From NCBI GenBank assembly GCA_029531755.1, contig CM055977.1:30430229-30494228 (forward strand): 64,000 nucleotides of DNA, written 5' to 3'. Both the position numbers and the translations under genes were made by a program. Below, piece after piece: positions 26,030 through 38,596 of this stretch. Each line of letters begins with the position of its first letter. The stretch's first letter is position 1. The notes under the pieces are model-generated. The model was not told the origin of the DNA. It saw nothing but the letters and a program-made list of their open reading frames with translations, and made no database searches. The DNA comes from Holothuria leucospilota. Lineage: Eukaryota.

Positions 26030-29000
26030 CAGGGGCGGATGCAGGTTTTGACTAAAGGGGGGGTTTTGCGATATAGTTACTATCTAAGCGGAGCGCCACC
26101 ATGAGTTGGCGTGAAGCGTACAGAGAAAATTTTTGGTCCAGAAGACCCCCAGATTACAGGAAATGGCATTTCACACGCGTTTCCTAGGCTCTTTGATCCG
26201 TATAAAAACTCGAGTCACTTGCAGTACCGCACGACAGACACAAGAGAACATTAACTAGGTTTAGCAAAATAAGATGAAATGACCGGCATTTACATAAATC
26301 CATGTATTCTACTTATATTAAGTTACTTGAAAAGGTGGAAAGGGTTTGTAATATATTTAGCTATTAGTAACGGAACTGAGGAAGAGTGGGTAAAGTGGAC
26401 CGAAAATTTTGGATTTTATCGCAGAAATGACCCTTTTGAAAGCCAAAATAAGTAAACCGACCAGGTCGGTAGCGACAGCATTTTCCCGACAGGGGGCCGG
26501 ATCATGCAGTGACCCGAAGTTCCGACAGCCCCTATGTCGAAGGGTTGGTAAGGAGGGGATATGAAGGAGCCTAAACATTCCAAGTCATTGCAGGGCATAT
26601 TTTGCATAATATCACTGAATACTTCATGAGCCGAGTTGCGCACTGATAGTGTACTTTTGAATTTGAAACGTAAAATTGCAAAGCGCGCGAAGCACGCGAT
26701 TTTTTTTTTTGGGGGGGGGGTTTACACAAAAAATATATGTAATCATTAAAAACAAAAACAAAAAAAAAAAACTGTAGGGGTTGTAGACCATATCAGGGAT
26801 AACATACATTTTATCGAAACCACCTGGACTACCCTATGAAATACCCAAACTTTTCTCCTTGAGTCGCTCACCAACTGACCGTACCGCATGACACACACAA
26901 GACAACAGCAAGTATTTGCGATATGGGATGGAATTAAGGACCTCTACATAAACTGCGTACTCTACCTACATGTTACTTGTTAAGTTTGACAGGTCTTGTG
27001 CTATCTAGCAATGTAGAATGGAAGTACTGAAGAAACTGGAGTGACTCTACTGCGCGCCTAGCGTGCCGAAAATTTTGGGTTCTTTTAAGGGAAATTGTCC
27101 TCTTGAGCAGTGTCACCGCCAGGGTTTGGTGATTGGGGGGGGGGTGGACCACAGATGACGTCCAAATGCCACCTCAGTTTTCCCCCAGGTCTGCATAAAT
27201 TGTACCTATTTATGGGTACCAGCGATAGTATACAGCAGTGATAATCTTTCCTTTGTCACTTCATAAAGGTGCTGACCTGGGTGAGGGGTCTAAGGGGAGG
27301 GGGTGTACCTTCTTCTTTGAGAAAATTTTTTTTAATTTAAGGTTGCTTAGATGCAAAATGGTGATATCTTTGGAATATTTTTTGAACTGATCATATATGG
27401 CAGGAAAATATCCATAATTTAAATGAATTCTAAGTTTTGGTTAAGCAAAAGAGGAGAGTATGATTAGGTGAAAAAGGAGAGTATGCATCCCTGCGATAGT
27501 ATACAGCAGTGATAATCTTTCCTTTGTCACTTCATGAAGGTGCTGACCTGGGTGAGGGGTCTAAGGGGAGGGGTGTCCCTCTCCCCTTTGAGAAAATTTT
27601 GTTAATTTAAGGTTGCTTAGATGCAAAATGGTGCTATCTTTGGGATACGTTTGGAACTGATCATATATGGCTGGAAAATATCCAGACATTAGTGAATTCT
27701 ATTTTTTTGGTAAGGTGAAAGAGGAGAGTATGTTGTCCAACAGAAGGGTATGTTGTCAGCAAACCTCCTGAAGTCCCACTTTTGGCTACTTTAATTAATG
27801 CCTTCTATTCGGGGTAAGATTTTACTTAAAAATACGTGCGTTGAGTCCACGGAAACATTCTTGGACTGTTACGAAAATTTTCCTTTGCTTCATTGTGCAT
27901 TATGAAAGGGTATTTCTAAGTCTGGCAGGCAGCGGTATAGGGCCTCCTGGAAGCTCTGGATTAATTATATAAAATGGGGCACTGACATGATGCTTATTAC
28001 CTGACATCCAAATGATACTACAGAGTATGATGCCGAGCACTTTGCAACTGTCGTATGTTTACAAAGTTTGAACGAAAACCCAGACAAACACCTTCTAGGT
28101 ATAGCAAAAGGGGTGTAGGACTAAAAAGCGCATTTCAAAATGCTTTTTCGTTGTAAGTGTATTAACAATCGCCATCTATAGGCCTACCGGTAATGGCTGC
28201 ATTTGAAAAAAATGTATAACCGACGGCAAATACGTACTTTCAACCTTCCAGATCATGCTACAAATTAGACTGAAAGATCCCATAGGCCTACAGATGTTGG
28301 AGATATACTTATGTTTCTCGGAAAAGTGTGATCAGAATAGTTGCATGTATTATAGCCTTAATAATGGCCATAAGATGGGATGCAAACCGTGACGAATGCG
28401 CGCGAAGCGCGCCGAAATTTTTCATTTAATAAGATTACAATGACAAAACCTGCATTCATGATCCTCTGCATCGAAACACTTTCAATTCCTCAACAAACCT
28501 ATATGCCAATCACAAAGCCAATCTTTTACTGAGAATTCCTAAACAGCCTTCAACTTTTGTTACTGTGCTTCTACGGGAGTTGGTACAGGAAATTATTGAC
28601 AACAAGGATATCACTGAGGTAAGGTTTGGAGCGCGCGAAGCGCGCGAAAATTTTGATAGTTTGCGAAAGATTTGGGATAATTCTGATAGTTTGAGAACCA
28701 TTTGTGATTGAAAATGATAACCACAGATCCATCACACGGCTGAAAACACACCTCACCCTACCCCCTACGGAAATCTATAGCTTAAACGCCTCTTGAGATC
28801 ATTTTAAAATTTTCAAAAAAAATTTCTGATATCGTTTGGGGGGGGCACGCGCACCCCCATGCCCCCCCCCGTGCCGGCGCCACTGCTCTTGAGAGCAAAA
28901 AACAGGTAAACCGTCGGGGCGACTTGTCGCTGTTGGGGACTACACACTTTACCGTATCGACTAAGACTCCCCGACTGTAAAAAACTAAAAAAGTGTAAAA

Positions 29001-29962
29001 ACTTCCCCGACGGGGGGCCATGGCCCCCTGTCCCCCACCTTGCGCCATCACTGCGCGGCGTGAACCAAGAAAAATTGACCCTTCTCAGACCTTAAAATCT
29101 ATACTTAGGCCATCTTCATGTTTCATGCTTTGTATGTTTGTCATTTCCATGGAAACATTATGTTTTTTTTTTTTTTTTTTTTGATAACCTCCCTTGCTGT
29201 ACATACAACCATGTCGTCTAGAGGCACGAAGGAAAATATGCTAAAATACCGCCTACAGGTCACTGGCACTTCCCATATGCAAGAAACTCCAGGCAAACAC
29301 TCACTCTTTGGCATGGAATAATGTTTAAACGTGATCTTGGTCATAACGTACTCTTGGATAAAAAGGAATTTATCTTGTGTAACAAATGAAAAGGATTCAG
29401 TATATAAGCTAATTTTGGATTATGATACCTTCCAGAACAATGGTAACTTCTTTAGATGTATGTTCCAACTGAACAGTCTAATTTTCCCTGAATGTCTTTA
29501 CATCCAACGGATGTCCAGAGTATGATTAGCCTTCTCCATTTCTGATTATATTAAGTGATTCCAATTCAACGACAACCACTTTCAGTCAACACAATATCTG
29601 AATTTTTCAGCGAGAGTACAAGTGAAAAGGTGGAGGCGCGTTCCCATTTTTTAAAACAGAGTTAGGCACTACTGGATGCGATTTCATTGCATATGGGAAC
29701 CAAGATTAGAGCTGGACCTCCTCTTGAAGGACTCACTGACTCTATAAGGATTTTGAATGAGAGAAAATCGGGACGATAGAAGGAAAATACGCTGTCAGCA
29801 CACTTATAATTATGGCATGTTAATTGCATTGTTGTAACTGAAAATAACCTTCAAAACATACCGGGGAAAATAAACAATATATTATATAAAATGAAAAAAA
29901 AAAATCCTCGAAAATCAAAGGGGGGGTTTAAACCCCTAAAACCCCCCTTGGATCCGCCCCTG
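26030..29962. mobile_element. Non-autonomous hAT-like TIR element (3.9 kb) inserted into satellite unit; TIRs CAGGGGCGGATGCAGG...GGGGGGG / rc CAGGGGCGGATCCAAGGGGGG
   Basis: Terminal inverted repeats share the CAGGGGCGGAT start with the 9870 and 31600 elements. The flanks reconstitute one satellite unit with ~6-8 bp duplicated cccaga(t). Interior lacks long ORFs and holds nested MITE fragments (gcgcgaagcgcgccgaaaatttt motif x4), ~130-bp tandem units at 27270-27740, and two diverged ~700-bp tandem copies at 26100-27060. Confidence 0.55.
27270..27740. repeat. ~130-150-bp tandem repeat (GGGGTCTAAGGGGAGGGGTGTCCCCTCCCC hairpin-containing unit), also present inside the CAGGGGCGGAT elements
   Basis: Units at 27270-27480 and 27500-27740; same unit at 10430-10750 and 30530-31080. 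Confidence 0.7.
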
Positions 29963-30390
29963 CCCAGATGACCTTTGACCCCCACCAAAAATGATAGGGT
30001 TCTTCCTCTTAATATGGGGCATCTATGTACCAAGTTTGAAAACTGTCTGAGTTTCTCTTCTTGAGATATCGTGCACATAAGCTAAGCATCACAAACACAC
30101 ACATACACACCCATACACACATACATACACACATACGCCATCATGACCGCATAGGTTTCTCTTTCATTGAAACCAAAAAGCTAGATGCAAGTTAGTTTAT
30201 GGCAAATCAATTTTGACTGTTTAAATGGTCCTTCACTTTACTTTTTAAAAACCAGAGTGCAAAAATGCATTGAGGTTTTGATGAAATCATTTCGGTAGAT
30301 TTAAAAGCTTCATCCAGAATACAAAGGTGCAACAATGTTAATGTTCTGGACCAATACCCCCACCATGTATGAGAAGTTGACATGTTATTA

Positions 30391-31600
30391 CAGTGGCGGA
30401 TCCAGGATTTGGCAGAAGGGGGGGCCCAGGTCAGAGTGGTTTGTATAAAAGTCCGATCGGGGGGGAGGACCTAAGGGGTGGTGCCAGGGTATTTTGATAG
30501 GAGGTAAAGTATGTGATGAGTGATCACAGTCCTGGGGGAGCGGTCTAAGGGGAGGGGTGTCCCCCTCCCCCTTTGAGAAATTTTTGTTAATTTAAGGTTG
30601 CTCAGATGCAAAATGGTGATGTCTTTGGTATATTTTTTGGACTGATGGCTGGAAAGTGTTCATAATTCAGTCAATTTTGGTTGGGTGGAAGATGCTTTTC
30701 TGGGGAGGGGTCTAAGGGAAGGGGTGTTCCTGCCCCTTTAAGAAAATTTTTGTTAATTTAAGATTGCTTAGATGCAAAATGGTGATGTCTTTAGTAAATT
30801 TTTTGAAACTGATCATATGTGGCTGGAAAATGCTCATAATTTAGTGAAATTTAAATTTTTGGTTGGGTGAAACATGCTTCTCTGCAGAGGGGTCTAAGGG
30901 GAGGGGTGTCCCCTCCCCTTTGAAAAAATTTTAGTTAATTTAAGATTGCTTATACGCAAAATGGTGATGTCTTTAGCATATTTTTGAAACTGATCATATG
31001 GCTGGAAAATGCTCATAATTTAGTGAAATTTAAATTTTGGTTGGTTGAAAGAGGAGAGTAAGCAGCCTTTGTTGTCCACATATTAGGATGGCAGTTTCCC
31101 GAAGTGAAGTCTTCTTTTCCTTTATATTACCCTAAATTCGAAGTACATTTCATTACAGTAAATTACAAAGCTTAAAGAAGATGCTAATGTTGCAGCAAGT
31201 TATAGTTAAATGCCTGAGGTTGTTGAAAATATTCCTCTAAATATTAAAGAATTCTGAAATTTCCTTGAAAATAAAAGCAGTGTTCCCAATGATGAAGTTA
31301 GCAGTCCAATACAGGGCTCATGGGTAACCCCTTGCAATGCCCGGAAAAAAGTTATTGTGACCAGTGTAAGCCAAAATGTTATCAGCCTGAGGTCAGTAAC
31401 AGAATTATTAACATAAGACTGATTTTCTGATGTAGACATTTAAATAATGAACAAATTTGAATTTCACTCTGACACATCACAAAGGCCTATATAATTGGAA
31501 GAGGGCCTAGTCATTTGTTTTATGACGTTGAAAAAAACTTCAAAATTTTTTGGAAGGGGGGCCCGGGCCCCCTGGGCCCCCCTAAATCCGCTCATGTATT
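30391..31600 (-). mobile_element. Non-autonomous hAT-like TIR element, copy 2 (inverted relative to 9870-10912; 4 internal tandem units)
   Basis: Reverse complement of copy 1 across all three parts; terminus CAGTGGCGGATCCAGG at 30391; the other terminus is degenerate (…CCCCTAAATCCGCTCATG). Confidence 0.6.
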
Positions 31601-33392
31601 AACCTTGAAATATCATACTGACAGGGTTTTCAGATACTGATCTCTGGTGACCTGAATTGACCCTTCACTGAACACAAAAGCACCAACAAGAGCATTTTTG
31701 TAATAAATAGGGTAAACAACCACCAATGTATAAAATTTCTTTGAGTTTCAAATCATAAAATATCTTGTAATGCAAGTTCTTCAGATGACTGATGTTGACA
31801 TTAAGACATTTAGTGACCTCGGATGACCTCTACCAAATACAGTAGGGCAATTTCAATCAATATAATGCATCTACATGGCTAAGTATGCTACTGTAATTAT
31901 ACATGCTTCCTTTCTGAAAATACTCGTGTTTACAAGCTTTTCAGTTCAACCTGTGACAGTGGTGACCTAAAGTGACCTTTGAACCGCATCATACATGATA
32001 GCATACTTTCTCCAAGTTATACAATGCATCTACATACTACGTAAGGAGAGTATCCATACTTCCTACCTTGAGATATGGTACTGTGTTGTTATACAAGATT
32101 TTCAGAGTTTGACATCTGATGACCCCAGATGACCCTTGACCTCTATCAAAATTAATCGGATCCTTCCTTATAGTATGATGCATCTCTATGAAGAGCATCC
32201 ATGCTTCAAATCTGAAGATATCCTGTTGACAAGGTTTTCAGAATTTGAGCTCTGGTGACCCTGGATGACATTTTACCTCTGCCAAAAACAATTCAATTCT
32301 TCCTCCTCATATAGAGTAATGCATCTGCAAGGTAAGTATGGAGAGTATCTATGCTTCCTACCTTGAGATATAGTATTAACAATGTTTTCAGAGTTTGTTC
32401 CCTGGTGAACTCAGATGACTTTTGTCCTCTACCAAAATCTTCCTCTTCATAAAATGCATCTATGTGCTAAGTATGAGGAGATTCCATGCTTCCTGTCTGG
32501 AGACATCATGTTATGAAGATTTAAAGAGTTTGACCTCTGATGACCCCTGATGACCTTTGACCTCTACCAAAAACTATATGGTGCTATCCTTAGATGCAAT
32601 GCATCCACATGCTACGTGTGGAGAGTAAATCATGTTAACAAAATTTTCTGAGTTTGACCTCTTTTGACATCAGATAACCCCTGAGCTCCACCAAAATTAA
32701 TAGGGTCCTTCCTCTTGGTATAGTCAGTTAGTTAGATGAGATTTAACGACACAACACAACATGAATGTGTTACATAGTGTCAACTAGATAAATAAGGTTC
32801 AAGTTCGGTTTCACATATTGTTCAAATACAGTGCAAGTCCTCCCCTTGGAGGAAGGGGGTTCCTCTTGGTATAATGTGTCTACATGCTAGGTACAATGAG
32901 TATCCAGGTTTTCATTTGTATCTGAAGATATCCTGTTGACAAGGTTTTCAAAATTTGAGCTCTGAAGCCCCAGATGACCTTTGACCTCCACCAAAATGAT
33001 GACATTCTTCCTCTTCAACTAATGCACTTACCTGTACATGCTAAGTATACAAAGTATCCACGCTTCCTATCTTGAGATATCAGTGTTCACAATGTTTCCA
33101 GAGTTTGACCTCTGGTGACTTCAGATGACCTTTGACCTCCACGAAAATAAAACAACAAGATCTAGCAGGTAAAATATTGAAAAAAAAAACCTGGGCTGCT
33201 TGTAAACAATGTTGGATATTGATAAGCAGTTACACCTCTTTCCTATGTTTGGACATCTTTTTGTTCTGACTACAACACCTTTACACTCACCTTTAGCTAC
33301 CCCTAACCCATCCCCTATCTTAATACTGACCATCATGTTGAAAGTTGTCATAATATTAGATAACATAACATAACATAACATAACATAAGCAG

Positions 33393-33970
33393 TTGGTAAG
33401 ACCCCACCTCGACTATGCAGCCCAGGCTTGGAGTCCCTTCTATGAAAAGGACAAGCTTCTTTTAGAGCAGGTTCAGAGGAGAGCCACTCGCCTTATACCC
33501 GAGGTGAGACACCTACCTTATCATGTTAGACTTAAGCATCTTAGGCTTACCACCCTGGAGTTGAGAAGGATAAGGGGGGACATGCTTCAGGTGTACAAAT
33601 TTCTCTCTGAAAGGAATCCTTTGTCCTCTTGCAATTATTTAAAGGTTCAATGTAATTCTTGGGTTCGAGGCCATTGTAAGAAGCTAGTTAAGAATTTTGC
33701 AAAGCTCGACATTAGGAAGTTCAGCTTTTCTCATAGAGTTGTTAACGAGTGGAATAGTCTGCCTGAGTGGGTAGTTAACTCCACATCTGTGCACTGCTTT
33801 AAGGTTAACATTGACAAGTTCTTCCATAAGTGTGGTAGAATCTAATTGTGCTGGGCTCGTTTGGTGTTGGCTGGTTCTTTGTTTTCAGTTAAGGTTGTAT
33901 GGACTTCAGGGCATCTTATGGGGCCGTAGCCCTCCTTTGCCCTTTAACCTGTTATGTTATGTTATGTTAA
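33393..33970 (+). mobile_element. LINE 3' fragment (ORF2 C-terminal tail) ending in (GTTAT)n
   Basis: ORF 33393-33845 has an RPHLDYA...LE.VQRRATR...LTTLELRRIRGDMLQVYK-type LINE C-terminal tail; 3' (gttat)4 at 33945-33965; inverted (aacat)n at 33363-33390. Confidence 0.6.
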
Positions 33971-34319
33971 TTAAACTTTGGGGTAGCAGTATAGCCTAAC
34001 TTTAATACAGTGACAATTGTTCCTGACCTTGTATGGAAAGCCAGGAGTAGGCCTAATTATAGAAAAAAGCCATAAAATTACCAAAATGGGCCAGTAGACT
34101 GGATCAAAGGCAACTGTGTGAGGAACATGTAATGCCTAAGCTACAGTACAGAGTACTGTACAAGAGTACTGTACAAGAGTACGGCTACAGTCACACAATG
34201 CAATACAGCGTAGCTTATTGTATCATGTATGGTTGCCAACTGGACTGTAACACACTACACAGAACAGCCGGGACTGTTCGCCAGTAGGCTAAGGAAAGAA
34301 TAAAGATAATACAATTCAC

Positions 34320-34482
34320 CTTTCAGTTTTAATCCTAGCAGCTTCTGCCGTTCAGGTAGAACTCCCGTTTTCATTTTGATTACATCCTTCAAATCCTTGA
34401 CAGTATCTGTACCCAGAAGATCGGTAATTTCGTACTCTTGTCCGCTCCATTTTACAACAAGTTTTATCATGGACGCAGCCAT
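34320..34482 (-). CDS. UBLCP1: UBLCP1 coding exon 1 ([54 protein letters not shown]|G), ubiquitin-like domain; ATG at 34480-34482
   Basis: Strong match to human UBLCP1 [48 protein letters not shown]; donor AAAG|GTGAAT at 34314-34319; the ORF continues into the intron, which gives it away as an exon. Confidence 0.85.
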
Positions 34483-35075
34483 TTTAGATTCATTGCCAAG
34501 TGGTAAATAAAAGCGGTAATTTGTTCATAAATTTTGGCCTTACTTCATCAACTCTTATGAATATAAAATTAAGCGATAATTCAAAAAATACTTTGATGTT
34601 AATGATACTACAATATATCAATGGTAGTCCTCTAAAACGAGTTTACTATAAAATTTGCTGTCATTAACTGAACAAAGAAAAGTCGTCTATTATCCAGTGA
34701 ACATGAAAATACAAATTGATACTTCCCTTCTCAAGACAAAGTTGACATGCATGGTGCATACTGAACTGAGTTTTAATTGCTTCTCTTTCTGATCATGACG
34801 ACGATTTATTCTGGTTGTTAGCCTGTTTTAGAAGTACAGAAGTGTTGTATCGTCCAACTTTCATTGCAATGTCGGGGGATAAAGAGAAAGATCGCTATGC
34901 AGTAAGTATTTTTGGGCGTAGGCTCAGTTCCCCCACAGAGTACAAGGCTACGTAAGTAACGTATTGCTGGCTAATCCACAATCTAGTATTCTGTAACTGT
35001 GTTTAATACAAGTTAGGCTTGTCATTTAAGTTAGTGAGTTGGCCTAAGTACGAGTACGATATGTATATGTAGCAG

Positions 35076-35323
35076 TGTTCGCGCTAAGGAATTGAACCTG
35101 GGAGGGAATTCCCTCTCTAGAAATTTTTTGGGGAGGGATTTTCAAAATCAAGGAGGGGGTTATCACTTGGTAAAGATACTGATTGTAATTTAATGTGTGT
35201 ATTATAATTGTAGTTACGATCTCAGCTGCAGAAAAGTGTGCGGGATTTTCCCACATAAAATTTATTTTTGTGCGGGATTCCAAAGACAAAAGCGGGATTC
35301 ACGCAATCCCGCACCTTAGCGCG
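35076..35323. repeat. MITE-like element with 17-bp TIRs CAGTGTTCGCGCTAAGG
   Basis: 35076-35092 and 35307-35323 are exact reverse complements; there is an internal palindrome gtgcgggatt…aatcccgcac; a second inverted pair gtcccagatcttgcc/ggcaagatctgggac lies at 35345-35362 and 35616-35633. Confidence 0.5.
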
Positions 35324-36229
35324 AACACTGATATGTAGGGACCTTGTCCCAGATCTTGCCGATTTGTACAAACTGGCCTCAACTATTATATCAGTAGGGG
35401 TGGTTATTTTAATTATGATTATTTTCATTGTGAATGATGTTCTCAAAATAATTCTTTTAGAATTATTTGTCAACACATGTAAAACAAGAAGATAGGCTAA
35501 CAACATTTTGAGAACGGCTCTCTTTCAATAAGCATCCTCTCTTTCTATTCTTACAAAAAATAGTAAAAAGTAAGTTATTCCTTAGTATGTAATGAACTAG
35601 GCGCTTAAATGCAAACTGGCAAGATCTGGGACAAGATCCGTATGTAGTCCTACACCAAGTGACTGTAGACTAAAGGCCTGTATGCGAACTTGCTCATGTA
35701 TGTCTGTGCAGTGTTAGTGTTTGTACTAGGTGTGTTTTTCTCATTGGCAAGGGCAAACAAGTTCGGACTGAACCCAGGTATTGATGTCAAAACCTCAGTG
35801 CCCAACCATGGGACGTCACATACTATATACTAGCTTAGGTATTAGAATCAAGATAGGCTGTGCGGAAAAGTGGCATGTGCTGAAGGCGTGACGATCGGGG
35901 GGTGGGCTGGTCTGGTGTTATTTGCTCCCCCCTAAAATTTTGACACATAGCCTATGCACACCTGTCAACTGTCCTGATTTTACTAGGACTCACCCAGTTT
36001 TTCCTTACACCCATTCTCATACCATGGCATCCCAGCCTCATGGCAGTATTGTTCAAATCTCCTGTTTTATCATCAGTCAAAATGAATTTAGTGATAACTA
36101 GTCTAGTTGGTTTCCCTTTTGAAAGTAGGTCTGCCTCCAAAAACAGAGAGAGTTTTTCTTACTAACTATAAGTTTGCTGAGAAAAACATCAAATTACAGT
36201 ATTGATATGACACCATAATTATGTGCAAG

Positions 36230-36600
36230 AGGGTTTCTCTCTGAAAGGAATCCTTTGTCATCTTGCAATTATTTAAAGGTTCAATGTGATTCTCGGGTTC
36301 GAGGCCATTGTAAGAAGTTAGTTAAGTGTTTTGCAAGGCTCGACATTAGGAAGTTCAGCTTTTCTCATAGAGTTGTTAATGAGTGGAACAGTCTGCCTGA
36401 GTGGATAGTTAACTCCACATCTGTGCACTGTTACCATTGACAAGTTCTTCCATAAGTGTGGTAGAATCTAATTGTGCTGGGCTCGTTTGGTGTTGGTTGG
36501 TTCTTTGGTTTCAGGTAAGGTTGTATGGCCTTCAGGGCATCTTATGGGGCCTTGGCCCTCCTTTGCCCTTTAACCTGTTATGTTATGTTATGTTTATCAA
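36230..36600 (+). mobile_element. Second LINE 3' tail fragment (same family as 33393-33970), ending in (GTTAT)n
   Basis: 36255-36440 and 36437-36628 translate to the same C-terminal tail as the 33393 copy (SSCNYLKVQC.S.VRGHCKKLVK.FA.LDIRKFSFSHRVVNEWNSLPEW); gttatgttatgtt at 36577-36597. Confidence 0.6.
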
Positions 36601-36939
36601 TTATACCATCAGTAAGATGGTAGCATAAGCCTAGTCAGCTGTGGGCTGGGTACCAATGCAAAGTTCTCACATACACTTTGTTCCCTGAACTAGGCCTAGG
36701 CAATGAAGTATCCAAATTTTGACTGCCCATTTCTGGGAGAAACCATATTTCATAACCCAGCTGAAGTTAGCATTATATTTTGCCAGCACGATATTTGTCT
36801 TGAAGTTAGCAACATATTTTACAGCACGATATTTCTGTTGAACGAGGATTTACAGGGTAAGTTGGCGAGTTGTATCTGCTGTAACAGCGACACGAGCAGT
36901 GCAGTGACGCTAGTGCAAACAAAGACATTATCCTTATAA

Positions 36940-38230
36940 TGTCTTTGAATGCGAACAGAACAACAATAGGGCCTTGGTGCCGGGCATGGGACATCGCATT
37001 ATATAGAGAAGGAAATTAACAATCGTATGGGGTAACTTTCAGCCCCCCTCCTAACAGTTTGGGATACTCCAAACCAGATATCTTGGCAGGACCCGTTATA
37101 CTTAGTTCTTTAAATACCCTTAACACGTATTAAATGTAACAGGGCCATGGACACCAATAGGGCCGCGTGGTGCCGGGTTCGTGACATCACCATTGTATAG
37201 AAAAATTTTTTAAAATCGTGTCCGGTACTTTTCAGACCACTGCGAACACAGTTTGGGATACTGAGACAAGATATTTTGGAAGGTCCCGTTATACTTAGTT
37301 CTTCGAATACCCTTGACACGTATTTAATGTAACAGGGCTACGGACACCAATAGGGTCTTGGTGCCGGGCACTGGACATCACCATTGTGTACTGAAGGATT
37401 TTAAATATGATTTGGGGTACTTTTCAGCCCTCTCCTTACAGTTTAGGATACCTCAAACCAGACATCATCAAAGCACCCTTTATATTTAGTTCTTAAAATA
37501 CTTATTAACACGTATTTAATGTAACAGGGCCATGGACACCAAAAGGGCCACGGTGCCGAGCATGGGACATCACCATTGTATATGGAAGAATTTTAAAAAT
37601 CATGTGCGGTACTTTTCAGCCCCCTCTCAACACAGTTTTGGATACTCCAGACAACATATTTTGGAAGCACCTGTTATACTTAGTTCTTCAAATACCCTTA
37701 ACACGTATTTTATGTAACAGGGCTACGGACACCAATAGGGTCTTGGTGCCGGGCACGGGACATCACCATTGTATAGAATAAAATTTCAAAAATGATGTAT
37801 GGTACTTTTCAGCCCACTCCTAACACAGTTTGGATACTCCAGACAAGATATTTTTGGAAGGACCCGTTTTACTTAGTTCGTCAAATACCCTTAACAGGTA
37901 TTTAATGTAACAGGACTACGGAAACCACTAGGGCCCGGTGCCGGGCACGGGACATCACCATTTTGTAATGAAGGATTTTAAAAATCATGTACGGTACTTT
38001 TCAGCCCACTCCTAACACAGTTTGGGGTAGATATTTTTGGAAGGACCCGTTATACTTAGTTCGTCAAATACCCTTAACACGTATTTAATGTAACAGGACT
38101 ACGGAAGCCACTAGGGCCCGGTGCCAGGATGGGACATCACCATTGTGTAATGAAGGATTTTAAATATGATTTGGGGGTCTTTTCAGCCCTCTCCTAACAG
38201 TTTAGGATACCTCAAACCAGATATCATCAA
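36940..38230. repeat. ~190-bp satellite tandem array (~6.5 units)
   Basis: Repeating unit aacagggc(c/t)a(t/c)ggacaccaatagggcc...ggacatcaccattgta...tacttttcagcc...gtttgggatac...ttatacttagttcttc.aatacccttaacacgtatttaatgta with clear periodicity. Confidence 0.9.
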
Positions 38231-38596
38231 AACACTTATGTGTATGTGCATGGTGCATGTACTGTATGAACCTAACCCAGCATTTAACTATGTTGCAATT
38301 GGACAACACTGTGTTCTTATTAGCAGACATTGGTGTGAACGTCCTATTTACAAGATTTATCAGCGTGGTAGAATATTAAAAAAAAAAAAAACTGGGATCG
38401 CTTGAAGTATAAATCATATTTTTGGACGTATTTAGGAAACTAAATGTGAGTATAAAATTTTTAGAGTACAGATATCCTGAACATTTGGATCTGTACAGAT
38501 GAGTTATTTAGGGGTATATGTGAAATTGTTAATCTGAGAAGACTGTGACCAGCCAAAATTTTAAATGTGCGGTAGCCCAATTTTACAATGACTTAA

